Shown: one piece after another, positions 34,528 to 44,288 of the stretch
How positions within the stretch are numbered: the first letter of the stretch is position 1
How the letters are laid out: every line of letters begins with the position of its first letter
DNA from: Bdellovibrionales bacterium
GTDB lineage: Bacteria > Bdellovibrionota > Bdellovibrionia > Bdellovibrionales > UBA1609
DNA: 64,000 bases
NCBI GenBank assembly: GCA_965242635.1
Contig: OZ251471.1
Span: 331,388-395,387, forward strand
Reading direction: 5' to 3'
Position numbers and translations under genes: made by a program
Notes under the pieces: model-generated
What the model was told of the DNA's origin: nothing
The model's input: the letters and a program-made list of their open reading frames with translations, nothing else
Database searches by the model: none

Positions 34528-35229
34528 ATGAAGTATTTTATTTATATTTTGTTTTTGTGTGGTTTTATCTGGCAGATCTCTGCCTGCAAGGATCCCACAC
34601 CTCAGACGGCGGGTGTACCCACCACCACCAGTACCAGCACCACGGGTTCCACCACAGGCAGTTCCACTTCCACAGTCAGGAAGTTTGTGACTTGGAAGGG
34701 CACATTGGAGATCGACGGTGTGGAAAACTACCACAGCCTTTTGAGGGAGCAGGGCCGATGTGACCCCTGTAGCTGGAAAAACGCAGGGGCTTACAGTTGC
34801 AATCGATTTAATTCCGGTGCTCTTGTGGAGCTTATTTTTGAAAAGGATGAATTTCCCTCCCCTGTCACCTTGAGGATCATGCCCATTTACAGGGGCACAG
34901 GCTGGAACGCCAGTTTTTCCGCGGGCTTTTGCAATAATGTTCATCCCAGCCCTACGGCCCCTCTTGTCTATAAAGGCACAGCCAAATACACCAACAACTA
35001 TAATGGATTTCAGGTTCGTTTTCACAAAACCGCGGGGGACTTTGGACATGGACAGGCCGGCTTGGGCTATGTTATTGTCAAAAGCGAATACGGCCTGCCG
35101 GTGGATCAAGAGGGCCTGGAACTTACTTTTTACTATGGTGGATCGAGCAATGACAACAATGAAATGGGCACAGCGGATCTGACACATCCCAATTCGAAAT
35201 CCACTGCCAGTCCCGGCTTATCCAGATGA
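34528..35229 (+). CDS. hypothetical lipoprotein with Thr/Ser-rich linker
   Basis: SD GAGGGAGG. MKYFIYILFLCGFIWQISAC lipobox. TTTSTSTTGSTTGSSTST linker. Confidence 0.7.
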   Translation: MKYFIYILFLCGFIWQISACKDPTPQTAGVPTTTSTSTTGSTTGSSTSTVRKFVTWKGTLEIDGVENYHSLLREQGRCDPCSWKNAGAYSCNRFNSGALVELIFEKDEFPSPVTLRIMPIYRGTGWNASFSAGFCNNVHPSPTAPLVYKGTAKYTNNYNGFQVRFHKTAGDFGHGQAGLGYVIVKSEYGLPVDQEGLELTFYYGGSSNDNNEMGTADLTHPNSKSTASPGLSR

Positions 35230-35230
35230 C

Positions 35231-35360
35231 AAACCAAACTGGCACGGGGCAAGCAGAGTCTGCCTCACAGGTTCTGCCTTTTGAAAAAGGTGCTACTTTT
35301 GGGCTGTTTTCCTCCCACAAGGCAAATGTGAAACATGCATTTTCAAACAAGATCAGTATA
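35231..35360 (-). repeat. R1 element, full copy (subfamily a), exactly filling the gap between two convergent stop codons
   Basis: AAACCAAACTGGCACGGGGCAAGCAGAGTCTGCCTCACAGGTTCTGCCTTTTGAAAAAGG...CATGCATTTTCAAACAAGATCAGTATA. Confidence 0.9.
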
Positions 35361-35969
35361 CTATCGGCCTTCCAGGTTCGTTTTGTCCGGGGACAAGGCA
35401 GTATGTTGTTGGCGTGTTCTCGAGGAAAGGCCTTTTTCCTCCAGGGCGGATATGAATTTTAAAAATCCTTCAGCCTGTTGACAGAGCAGGTTTTTTATTT
35501 CTCTGTCTTTTATCTCTCCTTGAACAATCTGCTCAGAAATATTTTGCAAAAACACTCTTTCCGGATAAATAAAGCCATTGCGATAGCCCATGATCTGTTG
35601 CAGTTGTTCCACAGCCCTCAAGGCCCCAAACCGGCCCCCCAGGCCCACAAAAGCCACCGGCCGGTACTCAAAAGTTTCCGGGTAGCTCCAGTGATCTATA
35701 AAAAACTTAAAAATACCGGGGAAAGAGCCATTATATTCCGGGCAGACAATAACAAAACCGGCGGATTTGTTCAGTTTTAAAATAATATTTTTCACCTCTT
35801 TTGGCAAAACAGCGGGGTAAGGGTTGGATATCAAACTTTGAAAGGGCACATCCTGCAAGGATATAATTTCCATGTGAGCCTTGAGGTTTTGATATATTTT
35901 TTGAACAATTTGAGCCACAACAAAGCTGTTGGATTGCGGGCGATTGGTGGCAGAGATAATGTATTTCAT
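35361..35969 (-). CDS. NADPH-dependent FMN reductase family oxidoreductase
   Basis: MKYIISATNRPQSNS..., VIVCPEYNGSFPG and VAFVGLGGRFGALRAVEQL. Confidence 0.75.
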   Translation of the reverse strand: MKYIISATNRPQSNSFVVAQIVQKIYQNLKAHMEIISLQDVPFQSLISNPYPAVLPKEVKNIILKLNKSAGFVIVCPEYNGSFPGIFKFFIDHWSYPETFEYRPVAFVGLGGRFGALRAVEQLQQIMGYRNGFIYPERVFLQNISEQIVQGEIKDREIKNLLCQQAEGFLKFISALEEKGLSSRTRQQHTALSPDKTNLEGR

Positions 35970-35996
35970 AGGCTTTGTCCCCCCCGACATCGGGGG

Positions 35997-36302
35997 CTAC
36001 CAGCTGGATTTGATGACGCCGGGTATACGGCCCTGATGGGCCAATTTACGGAACATCAGGCGGGACAGGCCAAAGCGTCTCAGGTGTCCTCTGGCTCGCC
36101 CGGATATATTACAACGGCGCACCACACGACAAAGAGAGCTGTTCCGGGGCAGTTTTTGCAGGGCAATACCAGCGGAATGCCTTTCCTCTTCGGAAAGCTT
36201 GAGATTGGACACTTTTTTACGCAGTTCTGCACGAAGCCCTATATATTTAAAGGCCTTTTCCCTTCTTTTGTTGTTTTTAACAACAGAGCTTTTTTTGGCC
36301 AT
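35997..36302 (-). CDS. rpsN: 30S ribosomal protein S14
   Basis: [15 protein letters not shown]...[23 protein letters not shown]...IPGVIKSSW. Confidence 0.95.
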   Translation of the reverse strand: MAKKSSVVKNNKRREKAFKYIGLRAELRKKVSNLKLSEEERHSAGIALQKLPRNSSLCRVVRRCNISGRARGHLRRFGLSRLMFRKLAHQGRIPGVIKSSW

Positions 36303-36535
36303 ATTTTAAATTCCTCCTTAAGGATAATGCCTGCTCACCTGAGCAGTAAAATACTAAAGTGCCCCCATGTCAAGCAGGATAGAAACAAATTTTCCAAAGA
36401 CTGTCAAGGCTCTTTTTTACCGTGTGGGGGCAGAAAAAAAACCGGCTGTTTTTTGCTCATGTGGCCAATACTCAAGATCCCCATCTCAAGAGAGGGACAG
36501 AACAAACCCCCTCTGTTTTCGGTTCATGTGGCGAA

Positions 36536-38365
36536 TCAGGGTTCCATTTTGCCGGGCAGAGACAGGCATTCTTCAGGCAGGCTGTAAAAGTGGTCGGAGG
36601 GCGTCCAGTAGGACGACAAAATATTAAATGCTTCTCCTTTATCAGCTGTCTCATCATGGCCGGGGTCAGAAGACCGGCTATAGTTGTCATAAGCCAGTAT
36701 GACATGGGGTTTTTGATCTGCAGGAAAGTCATCTTCTCCATAACTCTTTGGTAATTCCTGTGCCATACTGGTGGGTAATTCATCAAACCGGGAGGAAAAC
36801 AGGGCCAGGAAACTTTGGACTTTGCGGAAAAACCCAATGGCTTTTAAATTGCTGAGCTGAAAGTTTTTATGCACAGCACTGACAACATCAGAACACACAG
36901 GGGCTATACTATTATATCCACAGCGTTCAAATTCCAATTTGTGAATACCAGCTTTGTCAAATATGGTCTGGTAATCCTGGTCAGTGAGAGCGGGAAAAAT
37001 CACCGGCAAGTCATACAGAAAAAACAAAGTGTAGACCCCACCCACAATGCTCAGTGTTTCTTTTTGCCCTTTGGTCAGGGAATCGTAGGAATCAGGGAGG
37101 CCACTGGGAAACTGGCTATTGACCAGTTGAAACAAGTGCTCCATTGTGGAGTTGTCCTTTACTTGTTCCGGTTGTCTTACCCCGTCTGCCACTTCAATGG
37201 CATACTTAAAATAATACAGCCTCCGGTTGTCATAAAGCTGGGTTGTCCATTCATGAAAAACAGCCGATTGAGGGTTTTGCCGAATAATCTGAACCAGCAT
37301 AAATTGGGCATAAGCTCTTTTTTCCACTATTTCTGAAACCACAGATGAGGAAATATCATCCTCTCCTTCCCATTCTGCCTGTTTTTCTCCATTTATCAGC
37401 TGGGTGACTTTTCCCTGTATAAAATCGAAAGCGTCAAGGGCTTTATCCTCCACTTTGTTTAAAAGCTCCTGCCGGGTTTTTGTGAACCAATCGGAGTCCG
37501 TCCAGCTTTGGACGGGAATATGGAGAATATCCACACCGGCAGGGACATCGCAATGGTCGACAGATGCCATTCCTTCCGGGGGCTGAGGGGTTGGCGGGGA
37601 AGTTGTTTCCGCAGGATCCCTTTGCTGATTTGGAGGTTCTTTTGATTCAGGGGCCGGTTTTTCACCCGGCTGATGGGGTTTTTCTTTCGGCACCACCACC
37701 TCCCATTTAAAGGCGGGCGTGGTTGGGACACTTTGCCGATCCTGTGGCAGTTCTGAACTGTGCCTTCCTGTGGAGGGGAGATTGTTGACATCCACACCAG
37801 AATCCGAGGGGAGATTGTTGACATCCACACCGGAATCCGAGGGCGGATTATGACCTTGATCTTCGCCAACAACCTGAGTGCTCTGGCTAATAACCAAGGG
37901 GCCTGTTTTGCGACCGATGAAATCCTTTTCCTGAACAAAGTGGCCTGTTTCAGGATCGATGAAATACCTTTCCTGCTCTGGAAGAAAATGAGTTTTTCTG
38001 TGATCCTCCGTTCGTAATACTCTGTGCTGTGTGGCTTTTATCTGCACCTGCCTCATAGTAACTGCTGGCCTGTCCGGGCCATGTAATACTCTGCCATGCA
38101 TGGCCTTCAGCCACTCCCACGTCTCCGCACTAACTCGTTTTTCCGGGCCTCCTGGTCCCCATCGTTTTAAAAGTCTGTCCTGCTTGGCCCATATCAGCTC
38201 CTGCCTCAACTGTTTTTCCGGGATTCGTGATAATGTGTCCTGCAGGCCTGTTCCCAAAGCCGGTTCCTGGGTTTTGCCATAGGCCAAAGCCCCCCACATT
38301 AAAGAGAATAGCAGGACTGTTTTGGCAAAAAGGCTTCTTTTGTTTTTTATCTTGTCTTTTGTCAT
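36536..38365 (-). CDS. hypothetical secreted protein
   Basis: 609-aa ORF. Signal peptide KRSLFAKTVLLFSLMWGALAYG. The 33-bp tandem duplication at about 37783-37850 encodes PSDSGVDVNNL x2. Confidence 0.6.
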   Translation of the reverse strand: MTKDKIKNKRSLFAKTVLLFSLMWGALAYGKTQEPALGTGLQDTLSRIPEKQLRQELIWAKQDRLLKRWGPGGPEKRVSAETWEWLKAMHGRVLHGPDRPAVTMRQVQIKATQHRVLRTEDHRKTHFLPEQERYFIDPETGHFVQEKDFIGRKTGPLVISQSTQVVGEDQGHNPPSDSGVDVNNLPSDSGVDVNNLPSTGRHSSELPQDRQSVPTTPAFKWEVVVPKEKPHQPGEKPAPESKEPPNQQRDPAETTSPPTPQPPEGMASVDHCDVPAGVDILHIPVQSWTDSDWFTKTRQELLNKVEDKALDAFDFIQGKVTQLINGEKQAEWEGEDDISSSVVSEIVEKRAYAQFMLVQIIRQNPQSAVFHEWTTQLYDNRRLYYFKYAIEVADGVRQPEQVKDNSTMEHLFQLVNSQFPSGLPDSYDSLTKGQKETLSIVGGVYTLFFLYDLPVIFPALTDQDYQTIFDKAGIHKLEFERCGYNSIAPVCSDVVSAVHKNFQLSNLKAIGFFRKVQSFLALFSSRFDELPTSMAQELPKSYGEDDFPADQKPHVILAYDNYSRSSDPGHDETADKGEAFNILSSYWTPSDHFYSLPEECLSLPGKMEP

Positions 38366-38650
38366 AGCTTTTTTCTCCTTTCAAAAGATATGGCCGATAT
38401 TATAATCCCTTTTTTTAAAAAAACAAGAATTTTTCAAAAAAATCTGTGTCCAGTGAGGGAGCCGTGTAAAAATTACATACTGGTCTGGTTTTTATCTGCC
38501 ATTTCAGGCAAAGCTGTATTATCTCCACCAGCAGACCTCAAAAAAACTTTGCTTTTGTTTTTTCAAGCCAGCTGGCTTTTTTGACTTGACAGGCCTCAAT
38601 TTTCCAGTAAAATGGACACCTGACTTGACAATAATACGATTTTTGAGCCA

Positions 38651-39847
38651 TTGGGCATGGCAAGGAGATTCATTATGAAAAGCTCCAAAATGTATAAAAG
38701 GCAGTTCAGGCCCTCTCTCCGCTCTTTTTTTCTGTTGGGGCCACGGGGAACGGGAAAAACCACTTACCTTCTCAAGCATTACAAGTCTGCTGTTTTTTAT
38801 GATCTTCTGGATTATGCCACTTATTTACGGCTGTTAAGAGACCCCTCTCTTTTCAAAAAAGAGCTGTTGGCCATTAAAAACCGAAAAGTCATTGTGGTGG
38901 ATGAAGTGCAAAAGTTGCCCCGGCTTTTGGATGATGTGCAATACTTTCTCTCTGATATAAACAACAAAAAGCAATTTATTTTATCCGGTTCCAGTGCCCG
39001 GAAACTTCGCCGGTCTTCTGTCAACCTTTTGGCCGGGCGGGCCAGTCAAAAGTTTTTTTATCCTTTGGTGCATTCGGAATACCCGGCGGATTTGCCTGTG
39101 GAGGCTGTTTTAAAATACGGCACTTTGCCGGAGGTTTTGAACTTAAAAAAAGAGGCGGATAAAGTGGAGTTTCTGACAGCTTATGTCAGGACCTATCTCC
39201 GGGAGGAAATTCAACAGGAAGCTGTGGCCAAAAACATGGAAAGCTTTTCCCGGTTTTTGGATACAGCCTCCCTTTGCAATGGACAGGTGACCAATCTATC
39301 CTCTTTATCAAGGGACACGGGTGTGGCCAGAGCCACATTAAAAAACTATTTTCAGATTTTGGAAGACACTTTGGTGGGAACATGGCTCAGGGCCTTGAGG
39401 CCCCGTGCCCGTATAAAGGAAACACAGGCCCCCAAGTTTTTTCTTTTCGATACAGGTGTGGCCCGTGCTTTGGCCAATCAGACTGGAAAAGATCTGAATC
39501 CTATGGAAAAAGGCTTTTTGCTGGAAACCTACATACTGCATGAATTGAAATTCTGGAATCAACATCATAATTGGGCGGGAGACATTCACTTTTGGAAAAC
39601 ACATAATGGGGCGGAAATGGATTTTATTCTTCAAATAGAGGGCCGGAAAGTGGGCCTGGAAATCAAGGCCTCCGCCACATGGAAAAAGGAATTTGGCAGA
39701 CACTTGAACAAAGCCTTAAAGGAAAACACTGTGCAAAGAGCTTTGGGTGTTTATTTGGGTGAACAAAAATTAAAGCACCATGCCATAGAGGTTTATCCTT
39801 TGTCTGATTTCTTAAAAATACTGCAAAAAAACCAAGTGCTGTTATAA
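38651..39847 (+). CDS. AAA+ ATPase with C-terminal DUF4143-type domain
   Basis: Walker A LLGPRGTGKTT and Walker B VIVVDEVQK. The length and architecture are typical of COG1373-type ATPases. Start uncertain. Confidence 0.7.
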   Translation: MGMARRFIMKSSKMYKRQFRPSLRSFFLLGPRGTGKTTYLLKHYKSAVFYDLLDYATYLRLLRDPSLFKKELLAIKNRKVIVVDEVQKLPRLLDDVQYFLSDINNKKQFILSGSSARKLRRSSVNLLAGRASQKFFYPLVHSEYPADLPVEAVLKYGTLPEVLNLKKEADKVEFLTAYVRTYLREEIQQEAVAKNMESFSRFLDTASLCNGQVTNLSSLSRDTGVARATLKNYFQILEDTLVGTWLRALRPRARIKETQAPKFFLFDTGVARALANQTGKDLNPMEKGFLLETYILHELKFWNQHHNWAGDIHFWKTHNGAEMDFILQIEGRKVGLEIKASATWKKEFGRHLNKALKENTVQRALGVYLGEQKLKHHAIEVYPLSDFLKILQKNQVLL

Positions 39848-39875
39848 AAGAAAAGCTTTTGAACATAATTTATAA

Positions 39876-39909
39876 AGAGCCAACAAAAGTTAATAATCAG
39901 GCTCTTTTT
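39876..39909 (+). terminator. possible rho-independent terminator
   Basis: AGAGCC-18 nt loop-GGCTCT followed by TTTT. The large loop makes this weak. Confidence 0.3.
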
Positions 39910-39984
39910 GAGGGTCAAGCCCCCAAATACTATGCTTTTTAAAATCGTGTCCAATAAAACCAGTCAGGGCACTGAGAAGGAGGG

Positions 39985-40447
39985 TTAAGAGGGGGGATTT
40001 GACCATGTGCAAGGCTTTAAAATCTCTGTTATGTTTCTTATATCACTGTCGTCTTTATCTTTGATAGGGTTTCCTTTTTTATCTGTTATTGCCCCACCAT
40101 AACTGTTTTTGCAAGTCGCATTTCCAAGCCCAACAAAAGCCGACAAGTCTTCCCCGCACAGTATTTGATAGCCAGGGGATGTGTGGGGTTGTCCAGGTAT
40201 TCTGGGGGGATCGACACAGCCAGGGTTGTCTTTTTGGACACGGGCCACAACTTGAAGTTTTTTGCCGGAAACTTCCCGCTCAATACTTAAGCAATAGTAT
40301 TGATGAGCATCTCTCGCAAGAGATAAACGATCTTGCTGAATCGTGTAAAGCCCTTTTGGTGGTGCTCAAAATAAACCCATTATAAGAGACAGTGGCGATC
40401 GATCCCAATACAGCCATTAAGCCCAAAGCGACCAGTATCTCAGTCAA
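39985..40447 (-). pseudogene. type IV pilin-like gene in two frames (N-terminal helix frame 40280-40447; Cys-containing C-domain frame open from about 40363 to 39985)
   Basis: Frame A reads (L)TEILVALGLMAVLGSIATVSYNGFILSTTKRAL...*. Frame B reads ...IQQDRLSLARDAHQYYCLSIEREVSGKKLQVVARVQKDNPGCVDPP...ATCKNSYGG...KPCTW...*. Confidence 0.45.
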
Positions 40448-40635
40448 TGGGTCGCACACCCCTCTTTTAAACCTTGAGAGATAGAGGCTTTTAAGTCATT
40501 TTCTGTCAATATGGAGCGGGATACCTGAGCGGACTGTAAAGAGAATTTAAGGGACTGGGCACTCCCTATCAACAGCACACTCCCTATAGCAGAGGCGACC
40601 AGGACTTCAGCAATCCCCATGCCACGCTGGCCCAA
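40444..40635 (-). CDS. short minor-pilin-like ORF with prepilin-type N-terminus
   Basis: TTG start. MGQRG|MGIAEVLVASAIGSVLLIGSAQ has a Gly at -1 and Glu at +5 followed by a hydrophobic helix. Only 63 aa and no obvious SD. Confidence 0.4.
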   Translation of the reverse strand: MGQRGMGIAEVLVASAIGSVLLIGSAQSLKFSLQSAQVSRSILTENDLKASISQGLKEGCATH

Positions 40636-40646
40636 ATGACGCAGTG

Positions 40647-40679
<33 letters not shown>

Positions 40680-40818
40680 GAAAATCTTCAATAATTTCAA
40701 TAACTTACAAGAATTTCTTAAAGTAAAAAATAGTTTATTTTGTCCCCGCCGACTCGGTGGTGATTTCAAGTATTTACAGCAATTTCTTAAGGTATCTCTT
40801 AAGGTATTTTTCATGATT

Positions 40819-41088
40819 TTATACCTCTTTTCTTCCTGTTTTGTCCGCTTTTTGTTTATGCCCACGGGGCAAAGTGGAAGGACGGTGAGGAGGCATGTTT
40901 TTCAGAACAGAGTTAATTTCCAACATCATAAAACTCAAGCGGTTGACCGTCTCCTTCATCTGAGCCAGTTGCTCCTGAAAAAGAATTAAAGCCTCTCTGT
41001 CCTCCCTGTCCTCGCCAGACAAAACAGAAAGAGTGGCTTTTTTGGCCAAGTCAGGCCCCTGAGAATATAAAACAGCTTTTTGTCTCAT
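40819..41088 (-). CDS. hypothetical protein
   Basis: 89-aa ORF. No motif recognised. Confidence 0.3.
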   Translation of the reverse strand: MRQKAVLYSQGPDLAKKATLSVLSGEDREDREALILFQEQLAQMKETVNRLSFMMLEINSVLKNMPPHRPSTLPRGHKQKADKTGRKEV

Positions 41089-41205
41089 TTTTCTGTCCCT
41101 TTCTTATAATCATAAAAGAACCTGCCCCGATGGCAGAGCCTGCCCTTTTCACAGCCTGCCAATATGTATTCGGACTTTGGTCGTAAAAACTTAAATAAAA
41201 TTTCA

Positions 41206-42609
41206 TTATTTTTGTTTCTTTATGTTTTTTTTGAGCTGTTTCAGGGCCTCAAGAGCCTGTTTTTTGTGTTTGTCCCTTATTTTTTTCAAAGCTGACAGGT
41301 GGTTGGCCGTGTTTTTCCGTAAAATTTTTATGGCCTCCACTGCCTGAGAGAGGGAAATACGGTTTTTAAAGCCAAAAATAATCTCCAAATGCTTTTGAAT
41401 GACAGGTATCTCCCACCCTTTGGCCCCCGCACCCAGGGTCAGGTTCTGAATATGCAGTTTCATGTGCCCTTCAATAATGCCCACAGTGGTGAGGGCCCTC
41501 AAAGCCCCCAGATTTTGTGTCAGGCCCACTGCCGCACAAATACGGGCCAGGCCCTCCGCCCCCTTCACCCCCAGCATCTTCAGGCTCATTTTGGCCGTGG
41601 GATGAAGACGGGTCATGCCCCCCACTGTCCCCACCATTAAAGGGGCACAAAAATGCCCCCAAAGCCGGCCCTTTCTGACTCTCCACTTGGTGATGGAACG
41701 GTACTGCCCATCCCGTGCGGAATAGGCATGCACACCTGCCGACACAGCCCGCCAGTCATTTCCCGTGGCTATAAGCACAGCCTCAATACCATTCATCACC
41801 CCTTTATTGCTGGTGGCGGCTCTGTAAGGGTCGGTTTCCGCAAAAAGAGAGGCCTGCTCAATTTTTTTCATCAGGGAGGGGGAAAGACCCGACATAAGCA
41901 CTTCCGCTCCAATGAGCCGGCAGTCTGACAAATTGGACACAATACAAACAGACACCTTTTCATCCGAATCCGCCTCAATCAGCAGGCGCAAATATTCACA
42001 TACCTGATTGACTATATTGGCCCCCATGGCAGAACAGGTATCCACAATGACATGAATGACCGCCATCTGTTCCAAGGATCCCGTGCTGTTTTTCATGTTT
42101 TTTTGGAGAGAACGCACCTGAAAGCCTTTTATGCCTCCTCCCCTTTTATACATGGAAGGCATAACCTCCTGATGTATTTTTTGTATCCACTCTTTTTCTT
42201 TTTCCTGTAAAAGTTTTTTCAGTTTTTCAAAATCCCGGACCTGGTGGATTTGCACCTGCCCTATAACCCCCCGGCCCGTAACAGAGGTGGTAAGGGAGCC
42301 ATGCTCCTTAATCCAGCGGGCTGTTTTGCTGGCCGAGGCAATAATGGAACTTTCCTCCACCGCCATCGGGATAACCCGCCTTTGGCCATCAATCAAAAAG
42401 TTGGTGGCCACTCCAAGGGGAATTTGAAAATAACCAATGACATTTTCAATGAATTTTTCGGCCAGATCAGGCTTTTTCAGGCCCCCTGACTTCAGATACC
42501 TCATATCCTTCAGGCTGAGAGCACCCATCCGGATAAGCCGGGACCATTTTTCCTCCCGGCTGAGACGCGAAAAACCCTTAAAAAGGTCTGTTTTGTTGTT
42601 CTCACTCAT
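41206..42609 (-). CDS. mvaA: class II hydroxymethylglutaryl-CoA reductase with Lys-rich C-terminal extension
   Basis: ENVIGYFQIPLGVATNFLIDG, PMAVEESSIIASAS, SAMGANIVNQV and GTVGG. Start at MSENNK preferred. Confidence 0.85.
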   Translation of the reverse strand: MSENNKTDLFKGFSRLSREEKWSRLIRMGALSLKDMRYLKSGGLKKPDLAEKFIENVIGYFQIPLGVATNFLIDGQRRVIPMAVEESSIIASASKTARWIKEHGSLTTSVTGRGVIGQVQIHQVRDFEKLKKLLQEKEKEWIQKIHQEVMPSMYKRGGGIKGFQVRSLQKNMKNSTGSLEQMAVIHVIVDTCSAMGANIVNQVCEYLRLLIEADSDEKVSVCIVSNLSDCRLIGAEVLMSGLSPSLMKKIEQASLFAETDPYRAATSNKGVMNGIEAVLIATGNDWRAVSAGVHAYSARDGQYRSITKWRVRKGRLWGHFCAPLMVGTVGGMTRLHPTAKMSLKMLGVKGAEGLARICAAVGLTQNLGALRALTTVGIIEGHMKLHIQNLTLGAGAKGWEIPVIQKHLEIIFGFKNRISLSQAVEAIKILRKNTANHLSALKKIRDKHKKQALEALKQLKKNIKKQK

Positions 42610-42771
42610 GGCATTTCTCACCCATGACAGCAGGTTCTTATTCACTTTGTGGTTTATATGACAAAAGACCCTTATAAAAGGTCCAGGCCCTGTTCGCAAG
42701 AAAAAACAAGCCAAATTCCCTCAATATTATTATTGACAACCACAATAAAACAAGAGAAATGATAAAAAATC

Positions 42772-43455
42772 ATGACAGAATATCAGATTCGCCTTTCAGA
42801 GAGCTGGAAAAGCCGGCTCCTCCCTGAGTTTCGTGAACCCTATATGAAGGAGCTGAAAAGCTTCCTCGTGCAGGAGATTAAGCAGAACAAATGTATTTAT
42901 CCCCGGCCGGAAGAGTATTTTTCCGCCTTTGACGCCATCCCTTTTGAGGATGTCCGGGTGGTGGTATTGGGACAGGACCCTTATCACGGCCCAGGTCAGG
43001 CACATGGCCTTTGCTTTTCTGTGCGTCCCTCCGTCCCCATGCCCCCCTCTCTGATCAATATTTTTAAAGAGCTTAAGTCGGACCTGGGCATAGCTCCGCC
43101 CCAACATGGGTGCCTTTCCTCCTGGGCCAGGCAGGGGGTTTTGCTTTTAAATGCCACTTTGACTGTGGAGGCCGGGCGGGCCGGCTCCCACCAAAACAAA
43201 GGCTGGGAGCTTTTTACCGACAAAGCCATTCACCTGCTGAACGAAGAAAGAAAAAACCTGGTGTTTTTGCTGTGGGGAAGTTTTGCACAAAAAAAAGCCA
43301 GCTTTGTGGATGAAACCAAACACCTTGTGCTGAAAGCCCCTCACCCCTCCCCTTTCTCTGCCGATCGGGGCTTTTTCGGGTGTGCCCATTTTTCCAAAAC
43401 CAACGCTTATCTCAAAGCCCAAGGGAAACCAGAAATAGACTGGCATGTGCCATAA
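42772..43455 (+). CDS. ung: uracil-DNA glycosylase (family 1)
   Basis: VVVLGQDPYHGPGQAHGLCFSV, GVLLLN and HPSPFSA. Confidence 0.95.
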   Translation: MTEYQIRLSESWKSRLLPEFREPYMKELKSFLVQEIKQNKCIYPRPEEYFSAFDAIPFEDVRVVVLGQDPYHGPGQAHGLCFSVRPSVPMPPSLINIFKELKSDLGIAPPQHGCLSSWARQGVLLLNATLTVEAGRAGSHQNKGWELFTDKAIHLLNEERKNLVFLLWGSFAQKKASFVDETKHLVLKAPHPSPFSADRGFFGCAHFSKTNAYLKAQGKPEIDWHVP

Positions 43456-43457
43456 AT

Positions 43458-43497
43458 CACACCTTTTTCAAAAGGCAGACCCGTGTTAGTTTGGTTT
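43458..43497 (+). repeat. R1 remnant (right part only) between convergent ung and trmB
   Basis: CACACCTTTTTCAAAAGGCAGACCCGTGTTAGTTTGGTTTA. The trmB stop codon lies within the GGTTTA end. Confidence 0.75.
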
Positions 43498-44263
43498 ATT
43501 TGACATAGCGTGCGTAACAGACCGGATGTTTTTGCCGGATAAAAATTTGTTCAAAAAAAGTGACAAAATTATCTCCCGTTTTTTCTTCCTCCCCAGGCCT
43601 GTTCAAAACCATGCTTTTTTTCTGCTCCCCATGCTTGTTCAGAGCCATGCTTTTCTTTCTTTCTTCGTGTAAATCCAGAGAAATATGTTGTTCCCTGTAA
43701 GGGCTTTCTTTAAAAGACTTTTGCATCTCATCAAAATACTCTTTATGGTCGGTTTTGATCTCCACAAAAGAACCTGGCCTTTGGATCATATAAAGATCTT
43801 TCAGAAAATCCGGTTTTATCAGCCGGTGCTTGTGGTGTCGTTTTTTGGGCCATGGATCCGGAAAATAAACATACACATTGTTCAGCTCTTTTTTGCAAAA
43901 AATATCCCGCAGAAGACGGGCATTATAACGGATAAGCCGGGCATTTAAACAGTTATGCTTTTTGATTTTCCGGGCACATTGAATCAAGGGCTTGTATTTC
44001 AGCTCCATGGCCACATAAAACCGGTCTTTATTTAACAAGCTTATATGTTGAATAAAATCCCCGGACCCCGGACCTATCTCCAGATCCAGAGGGGCGGACA
44101 GAGGGGCTTTAAACATCTTTTCTCTCCAATGGCCTTTGAACAGAGGGCTTTGCTCTTCGTCCCATATCCAGGAGCTGTATTCCCGATACATGGCCTGCAC
44201 ATAAGAGCTGGGGTGGCGTAAAGACCTGCTGTGGACCAAAATGGTTTGTGCCCCTTTGGACAT
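43496..44263 (-). CDS. trmB: tRNA (guanine-N7)-methyltransferase
   Basis: LEIGPGSGDFI and FPDPWPKKRHHKHRL. Confidence 0.85.
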   Translation of the reverse strand: MSKGAQTILVHSRSLRHPSSYVQAMYREYSSWIWDEEQSPLFKGHWREKMFKAPLSAPLDLEIGPGSGDFIQHISLLNKDRFYVAMELKYKPLIQCARKIKKHNCLNARLIRYNARLLRDIFCKKELNNVYVYFPDPWPKKRHHKHRLIKPDFLKDLYMIQRPGSFVEIKTDHKEYFDEMQKSFKESPYREQHISLDLHEERKKSMALNKHGEQKKSMVLNRPGEEEKTGDNFVTFFEQIFIRQKHPVCYARYVK

Positions 44264-44288
44264 GGGCTATCTCCTTCAGGCAAACAGC

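Noticed and set aside
34243-35187. 314-aa ORF on the minus strand
   Set aside because: It is antisense to a lipoprotein gene that has a good SD, signal peptide and lipobox. It starts within the ssrA promoter/5' region. Its composition (Gly/Arg/Cys-rich, no motifs) is typical of an antisense artefact.
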